Positions 8,828-18,936 of a stretch of DNA of 34,154 bases are shown here, in pieces. Made by a program: the position numbers and the translations under genes. The notes beneath the pieces are model-generated. The model saw only the letters and a program-made list of their open reading frames with translations. It made no database searches and was not told the DNA's origin. Numbering within the stretch: position 1 is the stretch's first letter; each line of letters begins with the position of its first letter. Origin of the DNA: a virus (lineage: Duplodnaviria; Caudoviricetes); IMG/VR virus record IMGVR_UViG_3300023184_000332, positions 1-34,154 of that record. The stretch is one strand, 5' to 3'.

Positions 8828-11704
8828 ATGGCTGGAAACGGTAATCTGAATTTAACCGGAGAATCGTTTGAAAAGCTAAAGAGCCTTATCGACGATCTTA
8901 CAAAATCAGCCAATCAAGCAAAAGAAGCTATAGCCGGAATATTCAATTCTGGAAAAATAGGAAAAGATTGGTCAAAATCGTTAAACGATGCTGTCAAGGC
9001 ATTGAATGGAGTTTCCAAAAAGAACTCGAATAAATCTTCTGATAGTAGTAAATCTAAAGATAAATCTGATGCCGCAAAAGCAGCGGCTAAATTAATTGAA
9101 AAGGCTGCCCGTGTCGATGCAAAATTGAAGGATGCTGCTGCAAAAGCAGCAGCTAAAGTAATTGCTCAAGCGGCAAGCCTGTCTGCTAAAGCAACAAAGC
9201 AAGCGGCAAGTGCGTCTGCTAAAGCAACAACGCAAGCGGCAAACCTGTCTGCTAAAGCAACAAAGCAAGCGGCAAACTTGTCTGCTAAAGCAATAAAGCA
9301 AGCGGCAAACTTGTCTTCCAGAATGACAAAGCAAGCGGCAAATGCGTCTGCAAGATTAACCAAACAGGCAGCAAGTCTGTCCGCTAAAATAACCGCTCAA
9401 TCTGCCAGTACAGCAGCCAGAATGACAACGCAAGCGGCAAACTTGTCTTCCAGAATGACAAGGCAAGCGGCAAATGCGTATGCAAGAGCAACAGCCCAAG
9501 CGTCGGCACAGCAAGCCGCACAAGCAAGGGCAGCAGCCAGAATGACAACGCAAGCGGCAAATGCTTCTGCCAGAATAACAATTCAGGCGGCAAATGCGTC
9601 CGCAAGATTAACCAGCCAAGCGGCAAGAGCAAGAGCGGCACAGGTAATTTCTGCGGCAAGAGCAGCTAATGCTGCGGCTAAACCGGCTGCAACCAAAAAA
9701 TCGTTCTTGAATATGGGATTCATAGATAGGCTTGTCCAAGCATCTACATTAAAAGAAAGGATTCGGATCGCTTCATCAATGTTTTTTGGTGGAAAAAGTG
9801 CAGGACAACAATATAGAAACCAAAACGGAAAAGGTGGAAGTTTTGCCAACACGGGCGGAAACTTGTTTTCAAGGTATGGCGGCGCAGGTGCTTTAGGTGG
9901 AGTCCTTGGAAAATTCCGTGTGTTTCAAAAACCGTTCCCAGGATCAGAAAGAAACCAGTTTGCACTTGGAGACAGCACGGCGGCATTTGCCAATATAATA
10001 CATGGTGCTGGAATGACAGTAAAAGGTGTATTTTCCGGTTTAACTTCGGCGGCATCGTTGGCAGCAAAAGGATTGGCTTCTATACCTGTAGGAATAGTAT
10101 CGTTGCTCAATCCTGCTGTTGGCGCACTTCTTTCAAGCGTAAACGATATGTTTTTTGGTATATTTAACACACTATCAGCCGCTATATCAGGCGTTATAGG
10201 GTCTCTTACCAACCTTTCTACAGCACTTCTTGGATTTGCATCAAGAGCGGTTGAATCTGCATCAAAATTTACCGAAACCGTTAATGCTGCAAAAGTTGTA
10301 ACAGGGGTTGAAACTGGCAATAAATTAAAAACAACTGCAATTGAACTTCAAAGAAATTACGGATTGTCGGCCATAGATAGTATGCGTGGCATGGGAAGAA
10401 TTGCCGGAATGCTTGTCCAGCAAGGCGGGTTTACCCAAAAAGAAGCCGGAATCCAGTCCGAAGAAATAGCCAGACAGTTGGCTGACGTAGCATCTGTCAA
10501 TAACAGAAACATAGAAGATCTTATGCGCGATATGATGTCCGGTCTTGCCGGACGATTTACGCCTATGAGAAAAAACATGATGGGATTTCAAGCTCCTGTT
10601 CTTGATATTATGGCCAAAAATAAAGGGATAGCAAATCCAAATCTTCGTACCGATTTAGTCGCAAGAACAAAAATGTTCATAGGGGAATTTACACGCCAAG
10701 CGGGACTGTTTGCAGGCGACTTGGAAAACACAAGGTTTGAATTTGCCAACCAGAAAAGGAAATTCCTTGGAGGATTTGAGGCACTTTTTATGTCTGTAGG
10801 CCAAATACTTGAGCCGTTTGCCAAAGTTGTGCTATTTGCTGCAAATGATCTTATGGATCAATTGCTTTCAATAATAGAACCGTTCGCAGTTAATCCGTTC
10901 CAGACATTCAAAACGGAAATAGAAAGTTTTGCGTCGTATGTGTCTTACGCTAAAAACGTAATTATTTCTATGGTAAAACAAATATGGAGTTTAAGACAAG
11001 AGATTTCTGAACTTGCCATAAACTTAGCAAATTTTGGATTGGAAATAGCTAGGGCAGTTTTGAATATCACTTTGGCTGTACTTAATGGGGCATTTGCAAT
11101 TACCGATGCGTTTGGCGGGATAGTCGCTACAAGCGAACTTCTTGCGTCGTCATTGCAAGGACTTTCCCGTTTGATAAATTTTCTTTCTGGTGGTCCGATG
11201 ATGGGAGCGATAGTGGGAGGAATGGCGGCTCCGCTGTTGGCTCCACTGGTGGGTCCGGTGGGTCCACTGGTGGGTCCGCTGATTGGAGCGATGGTGGGAG
11301 GAGTGGGTAAACCAAATAAAAACAAGCCATTTGATCGTGTTGACGTTATGCAAAAAAAACTTATGGATAATCTTGGAAAGATTGATTTAGATATGAACGA
11401 TGTGCTTGACTGGTTCAAAAACGCTGCGCCAGCGGCAGCAAAAGCGGGCAACGTAGCACCACAAGACCCCCTTGCGGCGGCAGGAAGAATGGTACAATAT
11501 TTTGATCCTGCGGCCTTTAGAGATGCCGTGCAAGAGAGAGAAATGGGCGTTCAAACAAGGATTGCAAATGCGGCAGAAAAAATACTTCTGGTTCTTGAAA
11601 AACCAGACCCATTACACCCAAAAATTGCAGGACCAATGGCTGTGCCTATCGGCCTTGGCGCGATGGGCGTGCTTGAAGGAATGAAACGAGTAGCTAAACC
11701 ATGA
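8828..11704 (+). CDS. Tail tape measure protein
   Basis: 958 aa, Ala/Gly-rich and helical, with core 'ASKFTETVN..LADVASVNN..SGLAG' and hydrophobic segments; GAGG RBS. Confidence 0.85.
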   Translation: MAGNGNLNLTGESFEKLKSLIDDLTKSANQAKEAIAGIFNSGKIGKDWSKSLNDAVKALNGVSKKNSNKSSDSSKSKDKSDAAKAAAKLIEKAARVDAKLKDAAAKAAAKVIAQAASLSAKATKQAASASAKATTQAANLSAKATKQAANLSAKAIKQAANLSSRMTKQAANASARLTKQAASLSAKITAQSASTAARMTTQAANLSSRMTRQAANAYARATAQASAQQAAQARAAARMTTQAANASARITIQAANASARLTSQAARARAAQVISAARAANAAAKPAATKKSFLNMGFIDRLVQASTLKERIRIASSMFFGGKSAGQQYRNQNGKGGSFANTGGNLFSRYGGAGALGGVLGKFRVFQKPFPGSERNQFALGDSTAAFANIIHGAGMTVKGVFSGLTSAASLAAKGLASIPVGIVSLLNPAVGALLSSVNDMFFGIFNTLSAAISGVIGSLTNLSTALLGFASRAVESASKFTETVNAAKVVTGVETGNKLKTTAIELQRNYGLSAIDSMRGMGRIAGMLVQQGGFTQKEAGIQSEEIARQLADVASVNNRNIEDLMRDMMSGLAGRFTPMRKNMMGFQAPVLDIMAKNKGIANPNLRTDLVARTKMFIGEFTRQAGLFAGDLENTRFEFANQKRKFLGGFEALFMSVGQILEPFAKVVLFAANDLMDQLLSIIEPFAVNPFQTFKTEIESFASYVSYAKNVIISMVKQIWSLRQEISELAINLANFGLEIARAVLNITLAVLNGAFAITDAFGGIVATSELLASSLQGLSRLINFLSGGPMMGAIVGGMAAPLLAPLVGPVGPLVGPLIGAMVGGVGKPNKNKPFDRVDVMQKKLMDNLGKIDLDMNDVLDWFKNAAPAAAKAGNVAPQDPLAAAGRMVQYFDPAAFRDAVQEREMGVQTRIANAAEKILLVLEKPDPLHPKIAGPMAVPIGLGAMGVLEGMKRVAKP
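9167..9631 (+). repeat. 33-bp (11-aa) tandem repeats in the tape measure gene
   Basis: About 14 units like CAAGCGGCAAACYTGTCTGCTAAAGCAACAAAG (QAANLSAKATK), starting 9167, 9200, 9233 ... 9497, then 9551, 9584, 9617. Confidence 0.9.
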
Positions 11705-13083
11705 GTAGCAAATTTCACTACGGCGAGCCGTTATCTGCAAGCAAGCTGAACAGCCATTCAGCTAAATTGGCAGAATATGTACCAGGCGGCCCGCCAGCAT
11801 CAACTTCAAAAGTCGGATCAGCGACAGCTCAAGTCCAGTACAATATGACAAATACTGGGTTCTGGTTAAGAGCAACAGAAGAAGTCGGACCTACAACAAC
11901 AACATATGGACCGGGGGGACAAACAAGAAAAACGTATTCGTATTCATGGGAAGTCATGTATTACGACGAAACCACTCAAAACTGGGTACGAGATGAATGC
12001 CATGGTGGTCATGAATCAGTAGACGCACTAATAAACTCTGATCCAACGCAAAAACTTGTTGTTACTCAAGATACAGCATTTGACAACACGATAACTGTAG
12101 ATAGGCCAAAAATAACACCGTATCACGCAATCAAAGACCCAATTACGCACAAAATGGTTGTGGTGAACTCTGGTTTTAGTGGCGAAATCAAAGCCGACAA
12201 CCTAGTTATTATGTTGCTTGGCACTTACAATGATTACAAAAATTGCTCAGGCGTACCACCAAAACCACCAACACATACGCAAACAGCAAACGCTACGGAT
12301 TTTTGCAATGAGCCTTATGCGTGGTCGGCTTACGAGGTCTGCGAATATCAGTTCATCAAAAAATTTGACATGCGGAGTTATGGAAAATGGGCAGAAGAAC
12401 TTAACGGCGGCACAGCGACAGCCATGCGTCGATTTTATCAACCATTTTTTGGGAACTCGACTTTATCTGCAAATTTGACGGAAAACACTACAACGAATTG
12501 TAAAGGGATTCGATTTCTTGGTTTTTCATCGCAAGGTTCGCTAACTTGCACTTGCCCAGATTGGTTATCAAATGTTAAATGCTTTAAGTTTTCTGCAAAA
12601 TTTGTGTCGCAACTTTTTGACAACCCAAATGATAATTGTCCAGTACAATTCTATACCGATATGGCTCCGTGGTGGGGCGTAACAACGTCTGCAACTGCAT
12701 GTAGTGACAGTGGATGTCTTTGGCAAGGCGAAATTGGGCCATTTTCCATTTCAATGATTTACCAAGAAATACCAATTGGTGAAAATTCATGCATTTGGGG
12801 TCCAGACGTTTTTGATCCGTGTAATCCGTGCGATGCGTTTGGCCGATTAACAATAAGTGTTAATAAAGGTGCAAATTCTGGCGGAACCGGAAGCAGTTGG
12901 TATTCAGGGTATGCGATCAACCAAAGTGTTATCCGAGGTCTTGTAGCTGACTGCACTAAAGGACCAATTCAGCTTTCGGTGTCAAACTATTGGTCGGCTT
13001 GTCCAAATGTTTTTGAGTGGCTAAAGATTGAATGCTGTACGCAAGGTGAAATCAACGCATGCATAGCTCCACAAGTCCCATGA
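11701..13083 (+). CDS. Cys-rich putative tail tip/receptor-binding protein
   Basis: 460 aa directly after the tape measure gene (ATGA overlap); about 19 Cys, mostly in the C-terminal two-thirds. Confidence 0.5.
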   Translation: MSSKFHYGEPLSASKLNSHSAKLAEYVPGGPPASTSKVGSATAQVQYNMTNTGFWLRATEEVGPTTTTYGPGGQTRKTYSYSWEVMYYDETTQNWVRDECHGGHESVDALINSDPTQKLVVTQDTAFDNTITVDRPKITPYHAIKDPITHKMVVVNSGFSGEIKADNLVIMLLGTYNDYKNCSGVPPKPPTHTQTANATDFCNEPYAWSAYEVCEYQFIKKFDMRSYGKWAEELNGGTATAMRRFYQPFFGNSTLSANLTENTTTNCKGIRFLGFSSQGSLTCTCPDWLSNVKCFKFSAKFVSQLFDNPNDNCPVQFYTDMAPWWGVTTSATACSDSGCLWQGEIGPFSISMIYQEIPIGENSCIWGPDVFDPCNPCDAFGRLTISVNKGANSGGTGSSWYSGYAINQSVIRGLVADCTKGPIQLSVSNYWSACPNVFEWLKIECCTQGEINACIAPQVP

Positions 13084-13538
13084 AATGCCAATGCCAACAG
13101 CCTGGCCACTGCCCTATCCGTGGCATTCAAGTTTCGCCCTACGACATATCTGTTTGTGTACCGTACAGTCCTTTGCCAAAAGAGGTCAAGAAAGTGCCTG
13201 CATCTTGCAAATGCTTGTCAGCCGGATATTGTAGCGTATTCGACAGGGAAATGTCTGAGTCAGAATGGAACGCATGCTGTAGGGCTATACACTCGGTCAA
13301 AGAAGATTATTACAAGTCTTGGTGCCGAGAAAAGCGTACAAAATCTGGAACAATCAGTGGATGCGTATTTAGCGATGGAGCCGCTCTTGATGAGTTTGGA
13401 AACCAAAAAACAAGGCGTACTTGTGGATGTGGTGGCTTGCGTACAATTGAGCCACTAATTACATGCTTGCACCCAAGTCATGAAGATCCAATGCCAGACA
13501 ATTGCTACGAAAGATGTAACCACTTTTCTCCAATATGA
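13080..13538 (+). CDS. Small Cys-rich protein
   Basis: ATGA overlap at 13080; about 16 Cys in 152 aa; twice CxCxxxGxC. Confidence 0.6.
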   Translation: MKCQCQQPGHCPIRGIQVSPYDISVCVPYSPLPKEVKKVPASCKCLSAGYCSVFDREMSESEWNACCRAIHSVKEDYYKSWCREKRTKSGTISGCVFSDGAALDEFGNQKTRRTCGCGGLRTIEPLITCLHPSHEDPMPDNCYERCNHFSPI

Positions 13539-14096
13539 TTACGACCTGAAAATATGACCGTCTTCGAGTTTGTAACCATTCAATTCAGCAAACTTTTTCA
13601 TTTTTTCCACGCTTTTGGAAACAATGCTATGTGCCCGTGCTGACGATATGCCGCTTTGTATAGCAATATTTTTAAGTGTCTGTTTTTTACATCCAATCCC
13701 GTAATACTTACACAAAAACGACTTATATCTTTTGCTAAGACAATCCATAAGGTCTTCAAGTCTTGAGTAGTCTACTGAATGAAAATCGTGTTCGTATGTT
13801 GAAGCCAAATTTTCAAAATCCCAATTGTTTGATACTGACATTTCATTTCGCTTTTTCCTGAATGAATGTCTCAATTCTGAAGTTATTGCGTGCTTTACAT
13901 GCTTGTAGGCATAGGTCGAAAACTTCCCCTTTTCAGGGTCAAATGATCTGGATGCCCTCACTACAGCCATTAACGCTATCGACTTGTAATCTTCGATATT
14001 ACGTTTTGCCGAATCAGGAAGCCGAATCCTTTTGAGTGCAAAGAAAGCTATGGCCATATTGTCTTCCACTAAAGAGTTGAGCTCAGATTCTTCCAC
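13539..14096 (-). CDS. Phage sigma-70 family RNA polymerase sigma factor
   Basis: Region 2 'FDPEKGKFSTYAYKHVKHAI' and region 4 HTH 'TLKNIAIQSGISSARAHSI'. Confidence 0.85.
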   Translation of the reverse strand: MEESELNSLVEDNMAIAFFALKRIRLPDSAKRNIEDYKSIALMAVVRASRSFDPEKGKFSTYAYKHVKHAITSELRHSFRKKRNEMSVSNNWDFENLASTYEHDFHSVDYSRLEDLMDCLSKRYKSFLCKYYGIGCKKQTLKNIAIQSGISSARAHSIVSKSVEKMKKFAELNGYKLEDGHIFRS

Positions 14097-14099
14097 TTG

Positions 14100-14906
14100 T
14101 TACACCTTTTTGCAAGCAAACGATATGCTTTGGTATCCGTCAGCATCTCCGAATATCTCCATGTCTTGGAAAACATTTGGCGACAATCCAGTCATGATTG
14201 TACCAATAGTTACGAATAGTCGCCTTATCTCAAGATCCGCATGGATGCACGCTCTTTGCTCGATTATGTTTCTCCATGCCCTAAGATTACCGCTCATGAC
14301 GATGTGGGTCTCTACGCAATTTGGCAGCAAAGATCTTGCGGCTTCTCTAGCTTTCTTTCTGGTGTATGTAAGATCCTGACGGGTAGGGGTAACTCCCGGA
14401 TTATCTTTTACCCATTTATCTCCAACGATTGATACATACGATTTCACCGCAGATTCGTAATTATTTTTTGCAGTCCATACTGACTTAGAAAACTCATTGA
14501 TAAATTCCGGCTTATCTACAATAAGGGGAGGTACAACAAAATTCATTTCTTTGGTGTCAACATATCTCTGGGATAGCTGAGAGAAGCCCGTACCGGCCCT
14601 GTGGCGGACCAGTTCATGTGTGAGGCTTCTGGACACACCTGTAATCAATAGAGTGACTACAGAGTGTTCCAGAACACTTCCATGACCAGACTCAAGGATG
14701 TGACCAATGTACGTTTTGTTTCCGCCAGGACGTGGATTGGCAAAAGACTGGTAGCATGTACGTCCAGCAATTTCTGGAATCAAATCAAGATCACTGGACT
14801 CAAAATCTGGTTCTGAAACACCTGTGTAGTTTTGTAACGCCTCGGTGTCATACAACTCAGATTTTGATACTACCGTAACTTCTGGTTTGTAAATGTATTG
14901 GCTCAT
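14100..14906 (-). CDS. thyX: FAD-dependent thymidylate synthase
   Basis: GHGSVLEH, RSLTHELVRHR..FSQLSQRY and EAARSLLP motifs; start set at MSQYIY. Confidence 0.95.
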   Translation of the reverse strand: MSQYIYKPEVTVVSKSELYDTEALQNYTGVSEPDFESSDLDLIPEIAGRTCYQSFANPRPGGNKTYIGHILESGHGSVLEHSVVTLLITGVSRSLTHELVRHRAGTGFSQLSQRYVDTKEMNFVVPPLIVDKPEFINEFSKSVWTAKNNYESAVKSYVSIVGDKWVKDNPGVTPTRQDLTYTRKKAREAARSLLPNCVETHIVMSGNLRAWRNIIEQRACIHADLEIRRLFVTIGTIMTGLSPNVFQDMEIFGDADGYQSISFACKKV

Positions 14907-14916
14907 ATGTTCTCTC

Positions 14917-15198
14917 TTAGTTAGCAGTATAATTGTTGATTGGAATAGAAAACGGCGGTTGCGATTTATCTTGCAAAACACGTATGACATCCATAGCGTG
15001 AATTTCTGCTAACGTCCTGTTAGCACACGCTTTGTGGCTTACAAGATCGACAAATTCCCCGTCTTCGTTTAGGCCCATCACCTGAGATATATAACAGTAA
15101 TATCCAGGAACGGTCTCTGTCAACGATATCCTGATGCGGAATTTTTCATTCCCTATTTCCCAAACTTGTCCGTCAATTGTTGACCAGCGAAAACTCAT
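14917..15198 (-). CDS. Hypothetical protein
   Basis: ORF tiling the minus-strand operon; start MSFRW. Confidence 0.55.
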   Translation of the reverse strand: MSFRWSTIDGQVWEIGNEKFRIRISLTETVPGYYCYISQVMGLNEDGEFVDLVSHKACANRTLAEIHAMDVIRVLQDKSQPPFSIPINNYTAN

Positions 15199-15406
15199 TT
15201 TCAGACCCTTTGTTTTGAGAAACCTTGTCGTCATTTGGATCGTTTCGTCTTTTGATAGGTTTGGCGATTACCGCTTTTTCTATCGCTTGCTCGTCAGCCT
15301 TGAACCATTCGGAAGCCCCATCGTAAGTCCAATATTTCAAATCGGACTTTAAGCCGCTCCATTTACCGGATTCGATTGATCCGTTTTGTCCCATGTAGTA
15401 ATTCAC
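15173..15406 (-). CDS. Hypothetical protein
   Basis: ATGA-coupled to the helicase stop. Confidence 0.55.
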   Translation of the reverse strand: MNYYMGQNGSIESGKWSGLKSDLKYWTYDGASEWFKADEQAIEKAVIAKPIKRRNDPNDDKVSQNKGSENEFSLVNN

Positions 15407-16965
15407 TTGGAATTACCAAGACGCTTGCCTATTTCGATGGACGCCTTTTCAAATGTCATATGTCTTGCTGTATGGGCATTTACGCCAAGAGACACAAGAA
15501 GGTTTAGCTGCCTGATCGAACATAGGCCCGACTCTTTACGCTCAAACATCGTTTTTATGATTCGACTGGCCTGTATTTTTGAAAGTTGTTGCGAGTCCGC
15601 AAAGCCAAACTTTTTAAGGAGATTGACTTGAGGAAGCGTAGCGTGTGCAGACAACGATTGACCTACCGAAAGAACACCAAGATTCTCAGCGGCCTGAAAT
15701 GGATTGACTTCAACCCGCCTGTAGTTTAGATCCAGCTTTGCAACGGAAACAGAAAGCAGTTCGCGTTGTTTTTTTACCTCATTCTCTGCCCTTTCTATCG
15801 CGTCCCACAGATTCACCTCTTTTTCTTCCTTGGAAATCTTGTCAACAATCTTTTTGACATCAAAGGGAAGTTCAGCAAGAGAACTTGGCCCGATCAAATC
15901 CATGTCTGTTGTGTGGTTGAAGTCGATAATCTTGGCAAATTTCTTGCCAGCAAACAGTCTGGTTGAACGTCCTACCTGTTGAGCGTAAACAATTCGGCTT
16001 TTGGTCGGACGAACGACAACACATTCGGTCGCCTTATCGTCAAAACCTTCGCCCAAAAGATTACAGTTTACAATCACTTGGAACTCAGCGGCCTGATAGC
16101 CACGGATGATATCGGATCTATCTTTGCAATCTCCGCTAACCCATTTAGATCTTACTCCAAGCTGATTCAAAGCAGACGACATAGCCATAGAACTTGCCAC
16201 GCAAGGCATAAAGACCATCGTTTGAGCATTGCCTATTTCTTTCGTAATGGCATTGCTGAAAATTTCAATGAATGGCTGTATCGCTTTGCCAAGATCACCA
16301 AGATTGTAATCGCCGCCCTTGCCTATCGTCCTACAGTCTCTAAGATCAGCACCAACATTGATGCGGATAAACTTCAGCGGCGTCAAGAAAGGCCCTTCTT
16401 GATCGTGTATGGCGTCCCATAGGTTATAAGAATAGATGACTTCAGTAAAATGCCTTAGACTCTTTTTGTCGGATCGGTCTATTGTTGCCGTGATGCCAAG
16501 CCGCTTTGCCTTATGGAAATGCTCAAACACGGTCACATAAGTAGACGCTGATGCGTGATGACATTCGTCAACAATAATCAGATCGAACTCGTCTTCTTTC
16601 CAGTTTTTTATTCTGGATGACATAGTTTGCACTGTAGCAACAACAACCTGGGCTGGATAAAGGGCATCAGCACGCCACTTTCCTTGCTCTCTTCCTGTAG
16701 ACAAACCGCTATTGTCAAAGCAGTTACAAGCTTGAGTAATAAGTTCGTGCCTGTGTGCCAAAACAAGAACTCGATTGACTTTGTTTTGCTGAAAGCACCT
16801 TCTTATAAGCTCTCCGGCCATTGGAGTTTTGCCGGTTCCGGTAGCCATCTGAAGAATTCCGCTCGGCATTTCCTTTTCGTAAAGCCAATCTATCGCTGCA
16901 TCTACGGCTTTATCTTGGTAATGTCGCATGGTAAACAAAGAAGGCCCAATTGTGTCAAATAGCAT
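15403..16965 (-). CDS. Superfamily 2 DExH helicase
   Basis: MRHYQ Q-motif, MATGTGKT, DECHH, TAT, LGEGFD and QQVGRSTR motifs. Confidence 0.92.
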   Translation of the reverse strand: MLFDTIGPSLFTMRHYQDKAVDAAIDWLYEKEMPSGILQMATGTGKTPMAGELIRRCFQQNKVNRVLVLAHRHELITQACNCFDNSGLSTGREQGKWRADALYPAQVVVATVQTMSSRIKNWKEDEFDLIIVDECHHASASTYVTVFEHFHKAKRLGITATIDRSDKKSLRHFTEVIYSYNLWDAIHDQEGPFLTPLKFIRINVGADLRDCRTIGKGGDYNLGDLGKAIQPFIEIFSNAITKEIGNAQTMVFMPCVASSMAMSSALNQLGVRSKWVSGDCKDRSDIIRGYQAAEFQVIVNCNLLGEGFDDKATECVVVRPTKSRIVYAQQVGRSTRLFAGKKFAKIIDFNHTTDMDLIGPSSLAELPFDVKKIVDKISKEEKEVNLWDAIERAENEVKKQRELLSVSVAKLDLNYRRVEVNPFQAAENLGVLSVGQSLSAHATLPQVNLLKKFGFADSQQLSKIQASRIIKTMFERKESGLCSIRQLNLLVSLGVNAHTARHMTFEKASIEIGKRLGNSK

Positions 16966-17350
16966 AACCGTTCCCTTCGCAATTTCGACAGTAACCTATA
17001 TCACCGGCCCCCGTGCCACGACATTTACTGCATACGTGCCACATCCTCGGAGACCTTACCAGCGGCTTGCAAAGACGTTTTTTTACAGGCGAATCCAATC
17101 CGCTGTCGTCTTCTATGACTTTTGCAGAAATCGTGTTCATCATGATCTTTACGTTCTTCCAGATTTTGTAGTCTTGTTCGATTTTTGCTCTCTGCTGACC
17201 AGAAAGCATGTTCCTGATTAGGCTATAGGCCATTTCATCTGCATCGGGTGGTTCTGGTGCAAGAGAAACGACCTTGACCACAAGCGGAATATCGGGTGCA
17301 TCATTCTCTGATTTACGGATAGCCGCTTGGATCATGGCGTTGTAATTCAT
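16955..17350 (-). CDS. Hypothetical protein with C-terminal zinc finger
   Basis: CSKCRGTG...CRNCEGNG (DnaJ-type CxxCxGxG pairs). Confidence 0.65.
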   Translation of the reverse strand: MNYNAMIQAAIRKSENDAPDIPLVVKVVSLAPEPPDADEMAYSLIRNMLSGQQRAKIEQDYKIWKNVKIMMNTISAKVIEDDSGLDSPVKKRLCKPLVRSPRMWHVCSKCRGTGAGDIGYCRNCEGNGYAI

Positions 17351-17366
17351 TCAAATATCCAACCAA

Positions 17367-18029
17367 TCAGAATGGGGGATCATCACCATCTTGAAAAGAA
17401 CTTGAAGGAATTATCGCAGATTTTAAAGAACTTGGATCATTGGTCGCATATTTAGCGACGGCTTCACCAAGTCCGGTTTTTGGCTTTGGAACTCTTGGAA
17501 CAGAAGGCGGCTTGAAGTCTTTAGACTTCTCGTATTCTGACCAGATCCAGTTTGGTGCATCGTTTGGATTCGATGTCCGATAGTCCCACTTTTCAGGCGT
17601 TACAGCAGGAGTAAGTACCGTATCGCAAGGCATTATATTGATAATGCTGTATTTAAGAGAACCGTCGGCTTTTGATTTTTGGGTCGTCTGGATAAATACA
17701 GACCTTCCAAGAATATTGCCAACGGAATAAGCAGCCGCTTCGACTTCCGAAAGATCCCTACCTTCAATAGAATGAACCAGTTTCCGAAGGTTGGCCTTAG
17801 CACCCATAGATGCTGTGTAATCCTGATAGATCACAAAAGGCTTGCCTTGAGAAGTTAGCGTATCAAGTTCAAACTTAAACTTGAGCGATCCATTCCACGT
17901 CTGGTAAAAGGAGTTGAACTGACGGCCAATGTTGTAAATGCCCGTGATACATCCGCGATGCAACTTTGCAGGTGGAAGTTCACGATCAAAAACACCCATT
18001 CCAATAACCAGTTCTTCATGGCTTGACAT
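17367..18029 (-). CDS. Putative ssDNA-binding/replication protein
   Basis: Beta-rich core and acidic tail ending DGDDPPF; lies between primase and helicase. Confidence 0.6.
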   Translation of the reverse strand: MSSHEELVIGMGVFDRELPPAKLHRGCITGIYNIGRQFNSFYQTWNGSLKFKFELDTLTSQGKPFVIYQDYTASMGAKANLRKLVHSIEGRDLSEVEAAAYSVGNILGRSVFIQTTQKSKADGSLKYSIINIMPCDTVLTPAVTPEKWDYRTSNPNDAPNWIWSEYEKSKDFKPPSVPRVPKPKTGLGEAVAKYATNDPSSLKSAIIPSSSFQDGDDPPF

Positions 18030-18030
18030 C

Positions 18031-18936
18031 TTATTTTCCTTCTGAGTAGATCTGCTTGATATGACTGATGCAGTCATGAACACTTGAAAACGCTCCAAGT
18101 GCAACGCACACATCAACTAACGACATTGTTCCGCACGTAGAAGACCATACTTGTCCAGTATCAGGACGAACAGAAGCGGAAGGCGTCTCGTCGTTTTCTC
18201 CCGGCCTGTGACATGGTATCCATCCGCTGGCGTTTTGTTTATTACCAGCCAACCTAAGTCCGCACCGTTTGAGGAATTCTATCTTGTCTGGTATCGCATT
18301 TACACAATCCGAAAACAGACCAGAATTAGACCTGACAGGGAACGTCCACGGGTCGCGATTGGCAATTTCGGGAAAAGACTTATCTACTTCCCTATCAACG
18401 ATTTCTTTCATAAGCCATCCAGGAGCATAAGCAATCCGTGATTGAAGCGGATTCAGCCCTGATTCAAACCTGTATCTCCTTCCATCAGTAAAACAACTTG
18501 GAGGGCATATCGCCATACATTTATCTCCAAGACATAAGACCTCTTCGTGCTTACCTACTCCTTTCCACAATTGGGTTTTCGGTATGCTTCTTTTCCACCA
18601 ATCCGGTTGGCGGAAATACAAATGGAGTCCACCACCACCAGTCTTGACAGACCAAGTAGACGGCAATACTGGGTGAGACGTAAACCAGTCTGAAGCTTTA
18701 GACGGGTTATCAATGTCGATCACAATAAGCCTGTTTACGGTTCCGGTAGCCAAGGCGATATTGCAATCCATTCCAAGAATCATATCGAGAGGAACATGCT
18801 TGCCCCACCATTGAGAGGTTCGTATGATCGGTTTTTTTGCATCTTTTGACATTGGTATGCAACTCAAACCAAATTCACCATAAAGCTTGGAAGCCCAAGC
18901 GTTTATCGAGTCTTTATGAGAAGTTGTGCTACTCAT
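18031..18936 (-). CDS. Bifunctional DNA primase/polymerase (Prim-Pol) domain protein
   Basis: NIALATG..LIVIDID, VKTGGGGLHLYF and ICPPS motifs; C-terminal zinc-ribbon-like 'IPCHRPGENDETPSASV'. Confidence 0.85.
   Translation of the reverse strand: MSSTTSHKDSINAWASKLYGEFGLSCIPMSKDAKKPIIRTSQWWGKHVPLDMILGMDCNIALATGTVNRLIVIDIDNPSKASDWFTSHPVLPSTWSVKTGGGGLHLYFRQPDWWKRSIPKTQLWKGVGKHEEVLCLGDKCMAICPPSCFTDGRRYRFESGLNPLQSRIAYAPGWLMKEIVDREVDKSFPEIANRDPWTFPVRSNSGLFSDCVNAIPDKIEFLKRCGLRLAGNKQNASGWIPCHRPGENDETPSASVRPDTGQVWSSTCGTMSLVDVCVALGAFSSVHDCISHIKQIYSEGK

Noticed and set aside
9092-11451. Many antisense ORFs inside the tape measure gene
   Set aside because: Shadow frames of Ala-rich and repetitive coding sequence
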